Assembly (NCBI GenBank): GCA_045587365.1
Contig: JAZNCD010000078.1
Coordinates: 3,557-67,556, forward strand
From: Clostridia bacterium
Lineage (GTDB): Bacteria; Bacillota; Clostridia; Monoglobales; Monoglobaceae
Direction: 5' to 3'
DNA length: 64,000 nucleotides
Shown: positions 21,953 to 30,075 of the stretch, piece after piece
Position numbering within the stretch: position 1 is the stretch's first letter
Layout: every line of letters starts with the position of its first letter
Translations under genes and position numbers: made by a program
The notes under the pieces: generated by a model
Database searches by the model: none
What the model was told of the DNA's origin: nothing
The model's input: only the letters and a program-made list of their open reading frames with translations

Positions 21953-23164
21953 ATGAAATCACATAAAATATTCAGGTTTTTATCAGGAAGCCTGACACTT
22001 TGTGCAGATGGCCCGTTTACAGAAAGGCTTATAAACATTTGTATGCATCGCGGTATGCCCATATGGGATATAAAGCGTTGCGGCAAAAATCGCGTCACCT
22101 TTAAAACAGACCTGATATCTTTTAAGCAGATGCGCGTACCTGCAAAAAGAACAAAGAGCCGAGTGAGAATTGTTACCCGTCACGGATTGCCCTTTATATT
22201 AAACAGGTACAGACACAGATATATTGCTATACTTGGCGTTGTGACTCTGTTTGTAATGTTATGGTACGCATCAACTCATATTATGGGAATAACTGTTTTT
22301 GGTAACACAAGGACAGATATGCAGACAATTTTAAGCTCACTTGAGGAATGCGGACTAAGTTTAGGCATAAAAACATCCGAAATCAATAACGACAGCATAC
22401 GAAATAAAATGATGTCAAAAAATAATGACCTTGCATGGGTTGGTATAAACTCAAGTGGCTCAAGAGTGTACATAGAAATAGTCGAACGTATAGAAAAGGA
22501 AATCGGTGTAGACAAGGAGGGCGTAGCTTGTAACATTGTGGCATCAAAGGACGGCGAAATTGAAAAAATCGAAGTCCGAGAAGGGCAGACGCTCACAAAA
22601 ATAGGGTCAGGCGTACGCAGGGGAGATGTACTTGTCAGCGGAATTGTAGATAATTCCTCTTACGGATTCAGGTACGTTCAGGCACGAGGCGAGGTGTATG
22701 CCAAAACAAAATATTCAAAAACAAGATGCTACCCTTTAAACTATGCCGAAAATGTTTCGACAGGTAGAGTTAAACGCAGATATATCATATCTGTGTTAAA
22801 TTTTAAGTTGCCGCTCTATTTTAAATCGTCACCTCCGTATGATATGTATTCCTATACAAATAATGTAAATGAGTACAGAATTCCAATTGACATAATTCCG
22901 TCACTGTTTATACAAAGAGAAGACTTTGCAGAAGAAACGAGCGAAAACAAAAGTCGGACATCTGCTGAGGCGTTGGAGACAGGAGTATCAGAATTAACCA
23001 ACGAACTCAAAAACGAGCTTAATAATGGTGTAAAAATTTTGGAAGAAAACATAAGCCATACATTGACAGAGCATGGCGAGGTTAAAGTTACGGTTGAATT
23101 AATTTGCAGCGAGAATATTGCTGAAACATCGGTAATCGAAAAATCTATTCCCGAAACTGAATAA
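21953..23164 (+). CDS. yqfD: Sporulation protein YqfD
   Basis: 403 aa with a single central TM. The yqfC-yqfD pairing is conserved in spore formers. Confidence 0.8.
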   Translation: MKSHKIFRFLSGSLTLCADGPFTERLINICMHRGMPIWDIKRCGKNRVTFKTDLISFKQMRVPAKRTKSRVRIVTRHGLPFILNRYRHRYIAILGVVTLFVMLWYASTHIMGITVFGNTRTDMQTILSSLEECGLSLGIKTSEINNDSIRNKMMSKNNDLAWVGINSSGSRVYIEIVERIEKEIGVDKEGVACNIVASKDGEIEKIEVREGQTLTKIGSGVRRGDVLVSGIVDNSSYGFRYVQARGEVYAKTKYSKTRCYPLNYAENVSTGRVKRRYIISVLNFKLPLYFKSSPPYDMYSYTNNVNEYRIPIDIIPSLFIQREDFAEETSENKSRTSAEALETGVSELTNELKNELNNGVKILEENISHTLTEHGEVKVTVELICSENIAETSVIEKSIPETE

Positions 23165-23211
23165 AAAAGGACAATTATACAATCATTTTTGTTGCAACGT
23201 GTCAACTGGGG

Positions 23212-23238
23212 AAAAAAACGGGCGAATAATATCCGCCC
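23212..23238 (-). terminator. Minus-strand terminator-like hairpin (left edge of the GC island)
   Basis: Minus strand: GGGCG-gauauuauu-CGCCC followed by GTTTTTTT. Confidence 0.5.
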
Positions 23239-23267
23239 CTACGGCAAGAATGCCCAATATGGTTGTA

Positions 23268-23297
23268 GGGGACGGCGTCCCGGACGTCCCGCTTTTT
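23268..23297 (+). terminator. Plus-strand terminator-like hairpin (probable yqfD terminator)
   Basis: GGGACG-gcgtcccgga-CGTCCC followed by GCTTTTTTG. Confidence 0.6.
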
Positions 23298-23400
23298 TGT
23301 ATCCCCTCGCCACTATGTGGACCTCGTCTCCACTGTCCGCTTCGGTCAGCGATAAACGCTCTCCACTGGAGAGCATCGCCCTTTAGGCAAGGGGCGCTAA

Positions 23401-23425
23401 AAAAGGGACGACAATTGCCGTCCCT
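23401..23425 (-). terminator. Minus-strand intrinsic terminator (for the 143-aa membrane protein gene)
   Basis: Minus strand: GGGACG-gcaauugu-CGTCCC followed by TTTTTTAG. Confidence 0.65.
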
Positions 23426-23512
23426 TACAGAGACAATAGAACCGTCCCTCTGTGTTTAAAATGTGCAAAATCGGGCACGTCCCCATTTACTGTGTGTACT
23501 TCATAGATGCGC

Positions 23513-23944
23513 CTATTGATAATTCTTATTTCTTTTTTGATACAATGTCTTAAATGCACCTACTATATTTGCTATAATCCACGATACAGTTAAATTTATC
23601 ATTCCGTACCAAATATATAATTCTATTATTAAAATGGTGTCTGCATCAATTATAACTGGCATAGGATCAAAAATTGCCAATCTTAACCACCAACCTAAAA
23701 AAAGTATTCCTATTCCAGTTAATAAAATTATCACCATCATAAAAAACTTTATTATATTCCCACGAACATTCCTTTCCCCAGCACAATTTATAACAACTAA
23801 ATATATAGGGATAGCAATTGTATTAATTATACCCTCAACAAAACTTACATTCATCCTAATATTTGGTTTACCTAACACGCATAGCACAAAACAAACCATA
23901 TGAAAAACAATAGGTACAATGTTAAGAATAACTTTCCTTCTCAT
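23513..23944 (-). CDS. Hypothetical 4-TM membrane protein
   Basis: 143 aa, four hydrophobic segments, GGGGGTGG RBS 4 nt before the ATG. No recognisable motif. Confidence 0.55.
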   Translation of the reverse strand: MRRKVILNIVPIVFHMVCFVLCVLGKPNIRMNVSFVEGIINTIAIPIYLVVINCAGERNVRGNIIKFFMMVIILLTGIGILFLGWWLRLAIFDPMPVIIDADTILIIELYIWYGMINLTVSWIIANIVGAFKTLYQKRNKNYQ

Positions 23945-24033
23945 ATTACCACCCCCTGCTAACCCCTAATTCATTCACCCATCCAACTCTGTTGCAAACC
24001 TAAAGAACACATTAGAACAACTTCTTTATATTT

Positions 24034-25278
24034 TTATCTTATCTGCCCGTTACCTTGTATTTTATATTTGGTTGTTGTCAACGCTTCAAGTCCCATCGGC
24101 CCTCTGGCATGAACTTTCTGAGTACTTATGCCGATTTCCGCTCCGAACCCAAATTCAAACCCATCGGTAAATCTTGTAGAAGCGTTTACATAAACCGCTG
24201 CCGCATCAATTTCATCGAGAAATCTGTTTGCAACCGATGTATCAGATGTAACTATCGCCTCAGAATGCAGACTATTATATTTATTTATATGATTGATTGC
24301 CTCATCAAGAGTATCAACAATCTTTATACCTATCTTCAAATCAAGATATTCCTCTGCCCAATCCTCTTCCTTTGCAGGAATTGTATCAGGATAAAGCGCG
24401 CAAACTTTTTCGTCTCCTATAATTTCTACGTTACGCGCCTTTAACTCAGGAATAATTATATCTAAGAACTCTTTTGAAACATCTGAATGAATAAGCAGTT
24501 TTTCTTCTGCATTACACACAGACGGACGTTGAGTTTTTGCGTTTATAACAATATTTCTTGCCATTTCAAGGTCTGCTGACTTATCAACATATACATGGCA
24601 ATTTCCGGTCCCTGTTTCAATGGCAGGCACCGTTGCATTATCAACAACCGAGCGGATAAGTCCTGCTCCTCCTCTTGGAATTATAACATCAAGATAATCA
24701 TTAAGGCGCATAAGTGCATTTGCACTTTCTCTGCTCGTGTCTTCCACTAAGTTTATACACCCTTCTGGCAATCCTGCTTTATAGCCAGCTTCCTGCATAA
24801 CTTTTGTGATTGCGAGGTTCGAATTTATTGCCTCTTTTCCACCACGGAGAATAACTGAGTTTCCCGACTTAATGCACAAACCGGCAGCATCAGCGGTTAC
24901 ATTCGGGCGTGCCTCATAAATGATCCCGATTACACCAAGCGGAACTCTTACCTTGGAAATTTTAAGACCATTTGGACGAACTGATTCACTTAGAACCTCG
25001 CCAATTGGGTCGGGGAGCTTAGCAATCTGCTCTATTCCATCCGCCATCGCATCAATGCGGGATATGTTCAACATAAGTCTGTCAATCAATCCCTCACGCA
25101 TATTATTTTCTTTTGCTGCTGCTATATCCCTCAGATTTTCTGATATAATAAAATCTGCCCGGTTTCGCAATGCATCTGCGATAGCATAAAGTGCCTTATT
25201 TTTTTCGTCCACAGACAGTTTAGCAAGTTTATAAGATGCTTCTTTTGCTTTTTTTCCTTTTTCTATTAACTCCAGCAT
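24034..25278 (-). CDS. proA: Glutamate-5-semialdehyde dehydrogenase (gamma-glutamyl phosphate reductase)
   Basis: 414 aa: ...IYEARPNVT..., ...[14 protein letters not shown]... (catalytic Cys), ...ASTRFTDG... Confidence 0.93.
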   Translation of the reverse strand: MLELIEKGKKAKEASYKLAKLSVDEKNKALYAIADALRNRADFIISENLRDIAAAKENNMREGLIDRLMLNISRIDAMADGIEQIAKLPDPIGEVLSESVRPNGLKISKVRVPLGVIGIIYEARPNVTADAAGLCIKSGNSVILRGGKEAINSNLAITKVMQEAGYKAGLPEGCINLVEDTSRESANALMRLNDYLDVIIPRGGAGLIRSVVDNATVPAIETGTGNCHVYVDKSADLEMARNIVINAKTQRPSVCNAEEKLLIHSDVSKEFLDIIIPELKARNVEIIGDEKVCALYPDTIPAKEEDWAEEYLDLKIGIKIVDTLDEAINHINKYNSLHSEAIVTSDTSVANRFLDEIDAAAVYVNASTRFTDGFEFGFGAEIGISTQKVHARGPMGLEALTTTKYKIQGNGQIR

Positions 25279-25293
25279 GGTACTTTCCTTTCT

Positions 25294-26148
25294 TTATGCT
25301 TTGGCAATAAACGCTTTTATATCATCTATCAATTTCTCTGCCTCGCATCTTCCGATTTGATAAACCCTCTCAAGTTCTGACTTATCTTTTTCCCCCGGTT
25401 TGATGTTCAGCGGCTCAGGCGGTCTTATTACAAAAGCTCTGCCTTTTTCTTCTGCATCTTTTATGTATTTAATCTGCTCATTATATAATATATGTCTATT
25501 TTCCAGAGCGCGGACAAACTTCGGATATTTTCTATATATAACTTTAAATAATGGCACAAACTTATTCGATTCTTTCGCAAACTTTTCAGGTTGAGTTGTA
25601 ATTACAACATTTTTATCATAGCCAATTTCTTCAAAATATTTAAGTGGTATCGAATCAGAAGTTCCGCCATCTGAATATTTTCCGCCATCAATTTCGACAA
25701 ATCTTGAAAGTAATGGCATAGACGCAGATGCCCTCATCCACAAAAGGTCATAGGCATCACAATTCGGCAACTTATGATAAACAGGCAAACCTGTATTTAC
25801 ATCTGTTGCAACAACATAAAACTCCATAGGATTTTCCATATATGTTTTTGTATCAAATACATCAAGCTTATTGGGTAACTCATCATAATCAAACTCTGCA
25901 TTATAGAAATTACCCGTTTTGAGCCACGAGGACCATCCGCAATATCTCTTGTCGGCACAATATTTTTTGTTATATCTTATTGTACGACCGATTTGCTTTG
26001 ATTTATAGTTACACCCAAAACAAGCACCGGCAGATACGCCTATTGCGCCGTCAAAAACTATATTATTTTCAAGCAATACATCGATTACACCCGCGGTAAA
26101 CATTCCGCGCATGGCGCCGCCTTCCATTACAAGTCCTTTTTTCATCAC
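25294..26148 (-). CDS. Patatin-like phospholipase family protein
   Basis: GGAMRG oxyanion motif and GVSAGA nucleophile elbow (GxSxG). Confidence 0.85.
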   Translation of the reverse strand: MMKKGLVMEGGAMRGMFTAGVIDVLLENNIVFDGAIGVSAGACFGCNYKSKQIGRTIRYNKKYCADKRYCGWSSWLKTGNFYNAEFDYDELPNKLDVFDTKTYMENPMEFYVVATDVNTGLPVYHKLPNCDAYDLLWMRASASMPLLSRFVEIDGGKYSDGGTSDSIPLKYFEEIGYDKNVVITTQPEKFAKESNKFVPLFKVIYRKYPKFVRALENRHILYNEQIKYIKDAEEKGRAFVIRPPEPLNIKPGEKDKSELERVYQIGRCEAEKLIDDIKAFIAKA

Positions 26149-26213
26149 ACATCACCATGTATAGAATTTTACTTATATTTTACCACACTCTTACCCATAT
26201 GTGCAATATATTT

Positions 26214-26248
26214 AAAAAAATTCCGGAAATTTAATTTCCGGAATTTTT
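26214..26248 (-). terminator. Bidirectional intrinsic terminator after the symporter gene
   Basis: A7-ATTCCGGAAAT-tta-ATTTCCGGAAT-T5. Confidence 0.8.
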
Positions 26249-26257
26249 GTTTATTAA

Positions 26258-27775
26258 TTATAATTTCTTCTCTTGTTCTTCCTGAATATCTTCAAAAACA
26301 GAGAGCATAGGCTTGATGTCCTTACCTTTAAGCTTTCTGTCAACATAATTCTTGGTTATCTTAACAACAAGACCTGAAAGAGCTAAAACACCAATAAGGT
26401 TAGGTACCATCATAAGTCCGTTAAATGTATCTGAAATATCCCAGGCAAGGGATGATGTCAACAACGCACCACACATTATCATGATAAGGTGAATAACCTT
26501 ATAGAGTTTAGTGGATTTTGTTCCAAACATATATTCCCATGCTTTTGTACCGTAATGATCCCAACCAAGTACGGTTGTAAAAGCAAAGAGTAGAATTGCA
26601 ACAGCAATAAATCTCTCACCCCAGATACCAAAAATACCACCAAAAGCCTTAGCAACAAGGTTTGCATCATCTGCACCCGCAGCAAGAACACCGGTATCAA
26701 GATTAAGCACACCTGATGTAAGCACAACCAGCGCTGTCATAGTACAAACTACCATAGTATCAGCAAATACCTCAAATATACCCCAAAGACCCTGACGAAC
26801 AGGCTCTACAACATTAGAGTTAGAATGAACCATTACAGATGAACCAAGACCTGCCTCATTAGAGAATACGCCACGCTTACAACCAAGAGTAACAATTTGT
26901 TTAACCGCAATACCAGTAACACCACCCCATACAGCAGGAGCTGTAAATGCATACTTAAATATTGCACTAAACGCTGCGCCAACCTGAGCGTAGTTGATTC
27001 CAATAATAACAAGGCTGCCGAGAACAAAGAATACAACCATTATAGGTACAACCTTTTCTGCAAAGTTTGCTATTCTCTTAAGTCCACCAAGGATTATAAG
27101 GCCTGCAATGACTACAAGAACAATACCAATTATAAGATGATACATTGATATCTCACCATATAATATATTAGATGAGAGTGCCGGAACATTAAACGCAGAT
27201 ACAACATTTACAACAATTTTGTTAATCTGTCCCATTGCACCAATACCAAATGATGCAAGGATTGCAAATATTGAGAACAAGATTGCAAGAATTTTACCTA
27301 TCCACTTACAGTTTTTGTACTTTCCAAGACCATCCTGAAGATAGTACATTGCACCACCTGACCACTCGCCGTCAACGTTCTTTCTTCTGTAGTATATACC
27401 AAGAACATTTTCGGAATAATTAGTCATCATACCAAAGAAAGCCGCAACCCACATCCAGAAGACAGCACCCGGACCACCGCCAACAATCGCAGCTGCAACA
27501 CCGGCGATATTACCTACACCGATAGTTGCTGCAAGAGCAGTACAAAGCGCCTGAAACTGAGAAATAGACTTGCCCTTTACGTGACCTGAAACGTCCTTCT
27601 TAAAAAGACTACCCAAAGTCTCTGCAAACCAGTGACCAATTTTGGTAATCTGAAAAACACCTGTTATAATGGTCATAATAACACCTGTTGCAAGCAACAA
27701 ATAAAGACCATTGTTCCAAACAAAACCGTTAATGACATCATTAAAGTCAGTTAACCAAACAAAAAAGTTATCCAT
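26258..27775 (-). CDS. agcS: Alanine/glycine:cation symporter (AGCS family)
   Basis: About 505 aa polytopic protein: ...SQFQALCTALAATIGVGNIAGVA...GGPGAVFWMW... The true start is MDNFF at 27775 (GGAG RBS). The track start at 27958 runs into the riboswitch. Confidence 0.9.
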   Translation of the reverse strand: MDNFFVWLTDFNDVINGFVWNNGLYLLLATGVIMTIITGVFQITKIGHWFAETLGSLFKKDVSGHVKGKSISQFQALCTALAATIGVGNIAGVAAAIVGGGPGAVFWMWVAAFFGMMTNYSENVLGIYYRRKNVDGEWSGGAMYYLQDGLGKYKNCKWIGKILAILFSIFAILASFGIGAMGQINKIVVNVVSAFNVPALSSNILYGEISMYHLIIGIVLVVIAGLIILGGLKRIANFAEKVVPIMVVFFVLGSLVIIGINYAQVGAAFSAIFKYAFTAPAVWGGVTGIAVKQIVTLGCKRGVFSNEAGLGSSVMVHSNSNVVEPVRQGLWGIFEVFADTMVVCTMTALVVLTSGVLNLDTGVLAAGADDANLVAKAFGGIFGIWGERFIAVAILLFAFTTVLGWDHYGTKAWEYMFGTKSTKLYKVIHLIMIMCGALLTSSLAWDISDTFNGLMMVPNLIGVLALSGLVVKITKNYVDRKLKGKDIKPMLSVFEDIQEEQEKKL

Positions 27776-27835
27776 AAAAACTCCTTCTTTCCTGCCTTGT
27801 GAAGTTTTTTGGATAACATACCGAATATTCAGAAA

Positions 27836-27870
27836 CAAATAAAAGCGGAGTTTTTGCACACAAAAACTCC
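27836..27870 (-). terminator. Expression-platform terminator of the glycine riboswitch
   Basis: Minus strand: GGAGTTTTTG-tgtg-CAAAAACTCC followed by GCTTTTATTT. Confidence 0.8.
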
Positions 27871-27891
27871 ACAGATATTGCAAGACAAATC

Positions 27892-28062
27892 GTCTCCGTC
27901 CTTTTGCCTGAGAGATTAACCACAATATGGTTTTACACCTTCGGCATCCTTTTGCCATTTATATTTGGCGGACTTCTCCGGAGTGCTATCCGACTGCAGT
28001 CATCGCCACACGGCACCTGAGAGCGTTACTCCTTCGGCAAGATATACATCTTTCTCCTGCAT
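27892..28062 (-). promoter_or_regulatory. Tandem glycine riboswitch (two aptamers)
   Basis: Minus strand. Aptamer 1: GCAGGAGAAAG...GCCGAAGGAGUAACGCUCUCAGGUGCC. Aptamer 2: CUCCGGAGAAG...GCCGAAGGUGUAAAACC...CUCUCAGGCAAAAGGACGGAGAC. These are the conserved GGAGA / CCGAAGG / CUCUCAGG..AAGGAC cores, upstream of an AGCS symporter. Confidence 0.88.
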
Positions 28063-28094
28063 TCTTCACTTAGCTTATTATTTTATTTTTATAT

Positions 28095-28123
28095 ATAATA
28101 ATATTTTTTTCTGCATTTGTCAA
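28095..28123 (-). promoter_or_regulatory. Sigma-A promoter for the riboswitch-agcS transcript
   Basis: Minus strand: TTGACA - 17 nt - TATTAT, about 30 nt upstream of aptamer 1. Confidence 0.6.
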
Positions 28124-28235
28124 TGGATTTTGACAAAAATATAGAAAATTATCATAATATAATCATTATTTTATTTGTATACTTTTAACTATTATATAAA
28201 AATACCTAAAATTGGGGTATTTTTGAAATTTTACC

Positions 28236-28263
28236 TTGCATAATTATATTTTTATGATATAAT
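28236..28263 (+). promoter_or_regulatory. Near-consensus extended -10 promoter of the NifU-like/GGGtGRT operon
   Basis: TTGCAT - 16 nt - TGaTATAAT. Confidence 0.65.
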
Positions 28264-28280
28264 TATGTAGGACATACTGC

Positions 28281-28303
28281 AGATTACATTTATAATGTAA
28301 TCT
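28281..28303 (+). promoter_or_regulatory. 23-bp palindrome just downstream of the promoter (operator or 5'-UTR hairpin)
   Basis: AGATTACATT-tat-AATGTAATCT: 10-bp perfect arms, roughly +11 to +33 from the predicted start site. Confidence 0.5.
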
Positions 28304-28366
28304 AAAATAGTAAATTCTGAAAATAATTACATTTTTCACTATATGTGAAGCGAAAGGAGCAGACAT

Positions 28367-29059
28367 ATGAAATATTCAAGCGAAGTAGAAAAGATGTGCC
28401 CCCTCGCAAAGGGTGCATATCATGGTCCTGCCCCCATCCCTCAGGAGGGAAAATGGACTCAGGTAAAAGAAGTAAGCGACATTTCAGGCCTTACACATGG
28501 TATAGGCTGGTGTGCACCTCAGCAGGGTACATGTAAGCTTACACTTAATGTTAAAGAAGGTATCATCGAGGAAGCTCTCGTTGAAACAATCGGATGTAGC
28601 GGTATGACACACTCAGCTGCTATGGCATCAGAAATTTTGGTTGGTAAAACTCTTCTCGAAGCGCTCAACACAGACCTTGTTTGTGACGCTATCAACACAG
28701 CTATGAGAGAGTTGTTCCTCCAGATAGTTTATGGTCGTACACAGACTGCATTCTCAGAGGATGGTCTCCCTGTTGGCGCAGGTCTTGAGGACCTTGGTAA
28801 GGGTCTCCGCAGCCAGGTTGGTACAACATATGCTACAAAGGCTAAGGGTCCAAGATACCTTGAACTTGCAGAAGGTTACATAACAAAGCTTGCAGTTGAC
28901 AAAGAGGGTCAGACAATCGGCTATAAGTTTGTTCACCTTGGCAAGATGATGGAAATGATCGGCAAGGGTATGGATGCAAACGAGGCACTTGAAAAGGCAA
29001 GCGGACAGTACGGTAGAGTTGATGATGCAGACAAGCTCATCGACCCCAGACACGAATAA
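28367..29059 (+). CDS. NifU/IscU N-terminal-like Fe-S scaffold-fold protein with N- and C-terminal extensions
   Basis: 230 aa: ...GWCAPQQGTCKLTLNVKEGIIEEALVETIGCSGMTHSAAMASEILVGKTLLEAL...LVCDAI... This follows the IscU pattern (Cys ... GC ... Cys). AAGGAG RBS. Confidence 0.7.
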   Translation: MKYSSEVEKMCPLAKGAYHGPAPIPQEGKWTQVKEVSDISGLTHGIGWCAPQQGTCKLTLNVKEGIIEEALVETIGCSGMTHSAAMASEILVGKTLLEALNTDLVCDAINTAMRELFLQIVYGRTQTAFSEDGLPVGAGLEDLGKGLRSQVGTTYATKAKGPRYLELAEGYITKLAVDKEGQTIGYKFVHLGKMMEMIGKGMDANEALEKASGQYGRVDDADKLIDPRHE

Positions 29060-29073
29060 GGAGGGTTAATATT

Positions 29074-30075
29074 ATGGCATTATTTGAAAGTTATGAAAGA
29101 AGAATTGACCAAATCAATGCAGAACTTGCAAAGCATGGCATCTCCTCTATTGAAGAAGCAAAACAGATTTGCGATGAAAAGGGCATTGATGTATATAATA
29201 TGGTAAAAGAAATTCAGCCTATATGCTTTGAAAACGCTTGTTGGGCATACATCGTAGGCGCAGCAATCGCTATCAAAGATGGTTGTACAGTTGCAGCTGA
29301 CGCGGCTGAAAAAATCGGTCTTGGACTTCAGTCTTTCTGCATCCCCGGCTCTGTTGCCGATGACAGAAAAGTTGGTATCGGTCATGGTAACCTGGGTGCA
29401 AGACTTCTCAGAGAAGAAACAAAGTGTTTTGCTTTCCTTGCAGGCCACGAGTCTTTTGCAGCTGCTGAGGGCGCTATCGGTCTTGCAAAGAGTGCAAACA
29501 AAGCAAGAAAAGAAGACCTCCGCGTAATCCTCAACGGTCTTGGTAAGGACGCTGCACAGATTATATCAAGAATCAACGGCTTTACTTATGTACAGACTCA
29601 GTTCGATTACTTTACAGGCGAGGTTAAGGTTGTTAAAGAAACTGCATATTCAAACGGCGAGCGTTCAAAGGTTCGTTGCTACGGCGCAGACGACGTTCGT
29701 GAGGGTGTTGCAATAATGCACCTTGAGGGTGTTGACGTTTCTATTACAGGTAACTCCACTAACCCAACCCGCTTCCAGCACCCCGTTGCAGGTACATACA
29801 AGAAGGAATGTATCGAGCAGGGCAAGAAGTACTTCTCAGTTGCATCAGGCGGCGGTACAGGCAGAACTCTCCATCCTGACAATATGGCAGCAGGTCCTGC
29901 ATCATATGGTATGACCGACACAATGGGTCGTATGCACTCAGATGCACAGTTTGCAGGTTCTTCTTCAGTTCCGGCACACGTTGAAATGATGGGACTTATC
30001 GGCGCAGGTAACAACCCAATGGTTGGTATGACTGTTGCAGTTGCAGTTGCTATCGAAGAAGCAATGAAGAAATAA
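29074..30075 (+). CDS. GGGtGRT-family protein (conserved, function unknown)
   Basis: 333 aa containing ...FSVASGGGTGRTLHPDN..., the motif the family is named for. Family name recalled from memory. Codon usage resembles dnaK/rpsP (atc, aac, aag, ggt, gtt). Confidence 0.75.
   Translation: MALFESYERRIDQINAELAKHGISSIEEAKQICDEKGIDVYNMVKEIQPICFENACWAYIVGAAIAIKDGCTVAADAAEKIGLGLQSFCIPGSVADDRKVGIGHGNLGARLLREETKCFAFLAGHESFAAAEGAIGLAKSANKARKEDLRVILNGLGKDAAQIISRINGFTYVQTQFDYFTGEVKVVKETAYSNGERSKVRCYGADDVREGVAIMHLEGVDVSITGNSTNPTRFQHPVAGTYKKECIEQGKKYFSVASGGGTGRTLHPDNMAAGPASYGMTDTMGRMHSDAQFAGSSSVPAHVEMMGLIGAGNNPMVGMTVAVAVAIEEAMKK

Larger units (their letters stand above)
23190..23500. other. GC-rich, hairpin-dense non-coding island (candidate structured RNA or REP/MITE-like element)
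   Basis: About 54% G+C by hand count over 23211-23460, against AT-rich flanks. The hexamer CGTCCC/GGGACG occurs 7 times. At least 6 stable hairpins. The only ORFs are two overlapping R/P/G-rich ones with no RBS. Confidence 0.6.

Noticed and set aside
23189-23459. Two ORFs (65 aa and 86 aa) in the GC-rich island as protein-coding genes
   Set aside because: They overlap each other in different frames and have no RBS. Their R/P/G/C-rich low-complexity translations are what you get from translating GC-rich hairpins, and terminator stems lie inside them.
27776-27958. 61-aa N-terminal extension of the symporter ORF (track start 27958)
   Set aside because: It would be translated through glycine-riboswitch aptamer 2 and its terminator. 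MDNFF at 27775 has a proper RBS and gives the usual AGCS N-terminus.
28311-28325. CodY-box-like sequence TAAATTCTGAAAATA in the NifU-like operon leader
   Set aside because: It has four mismatches to AATTTTCWGAAAATT in an AT-rich leader. That is too weak to call without a PWM score and conservation data.
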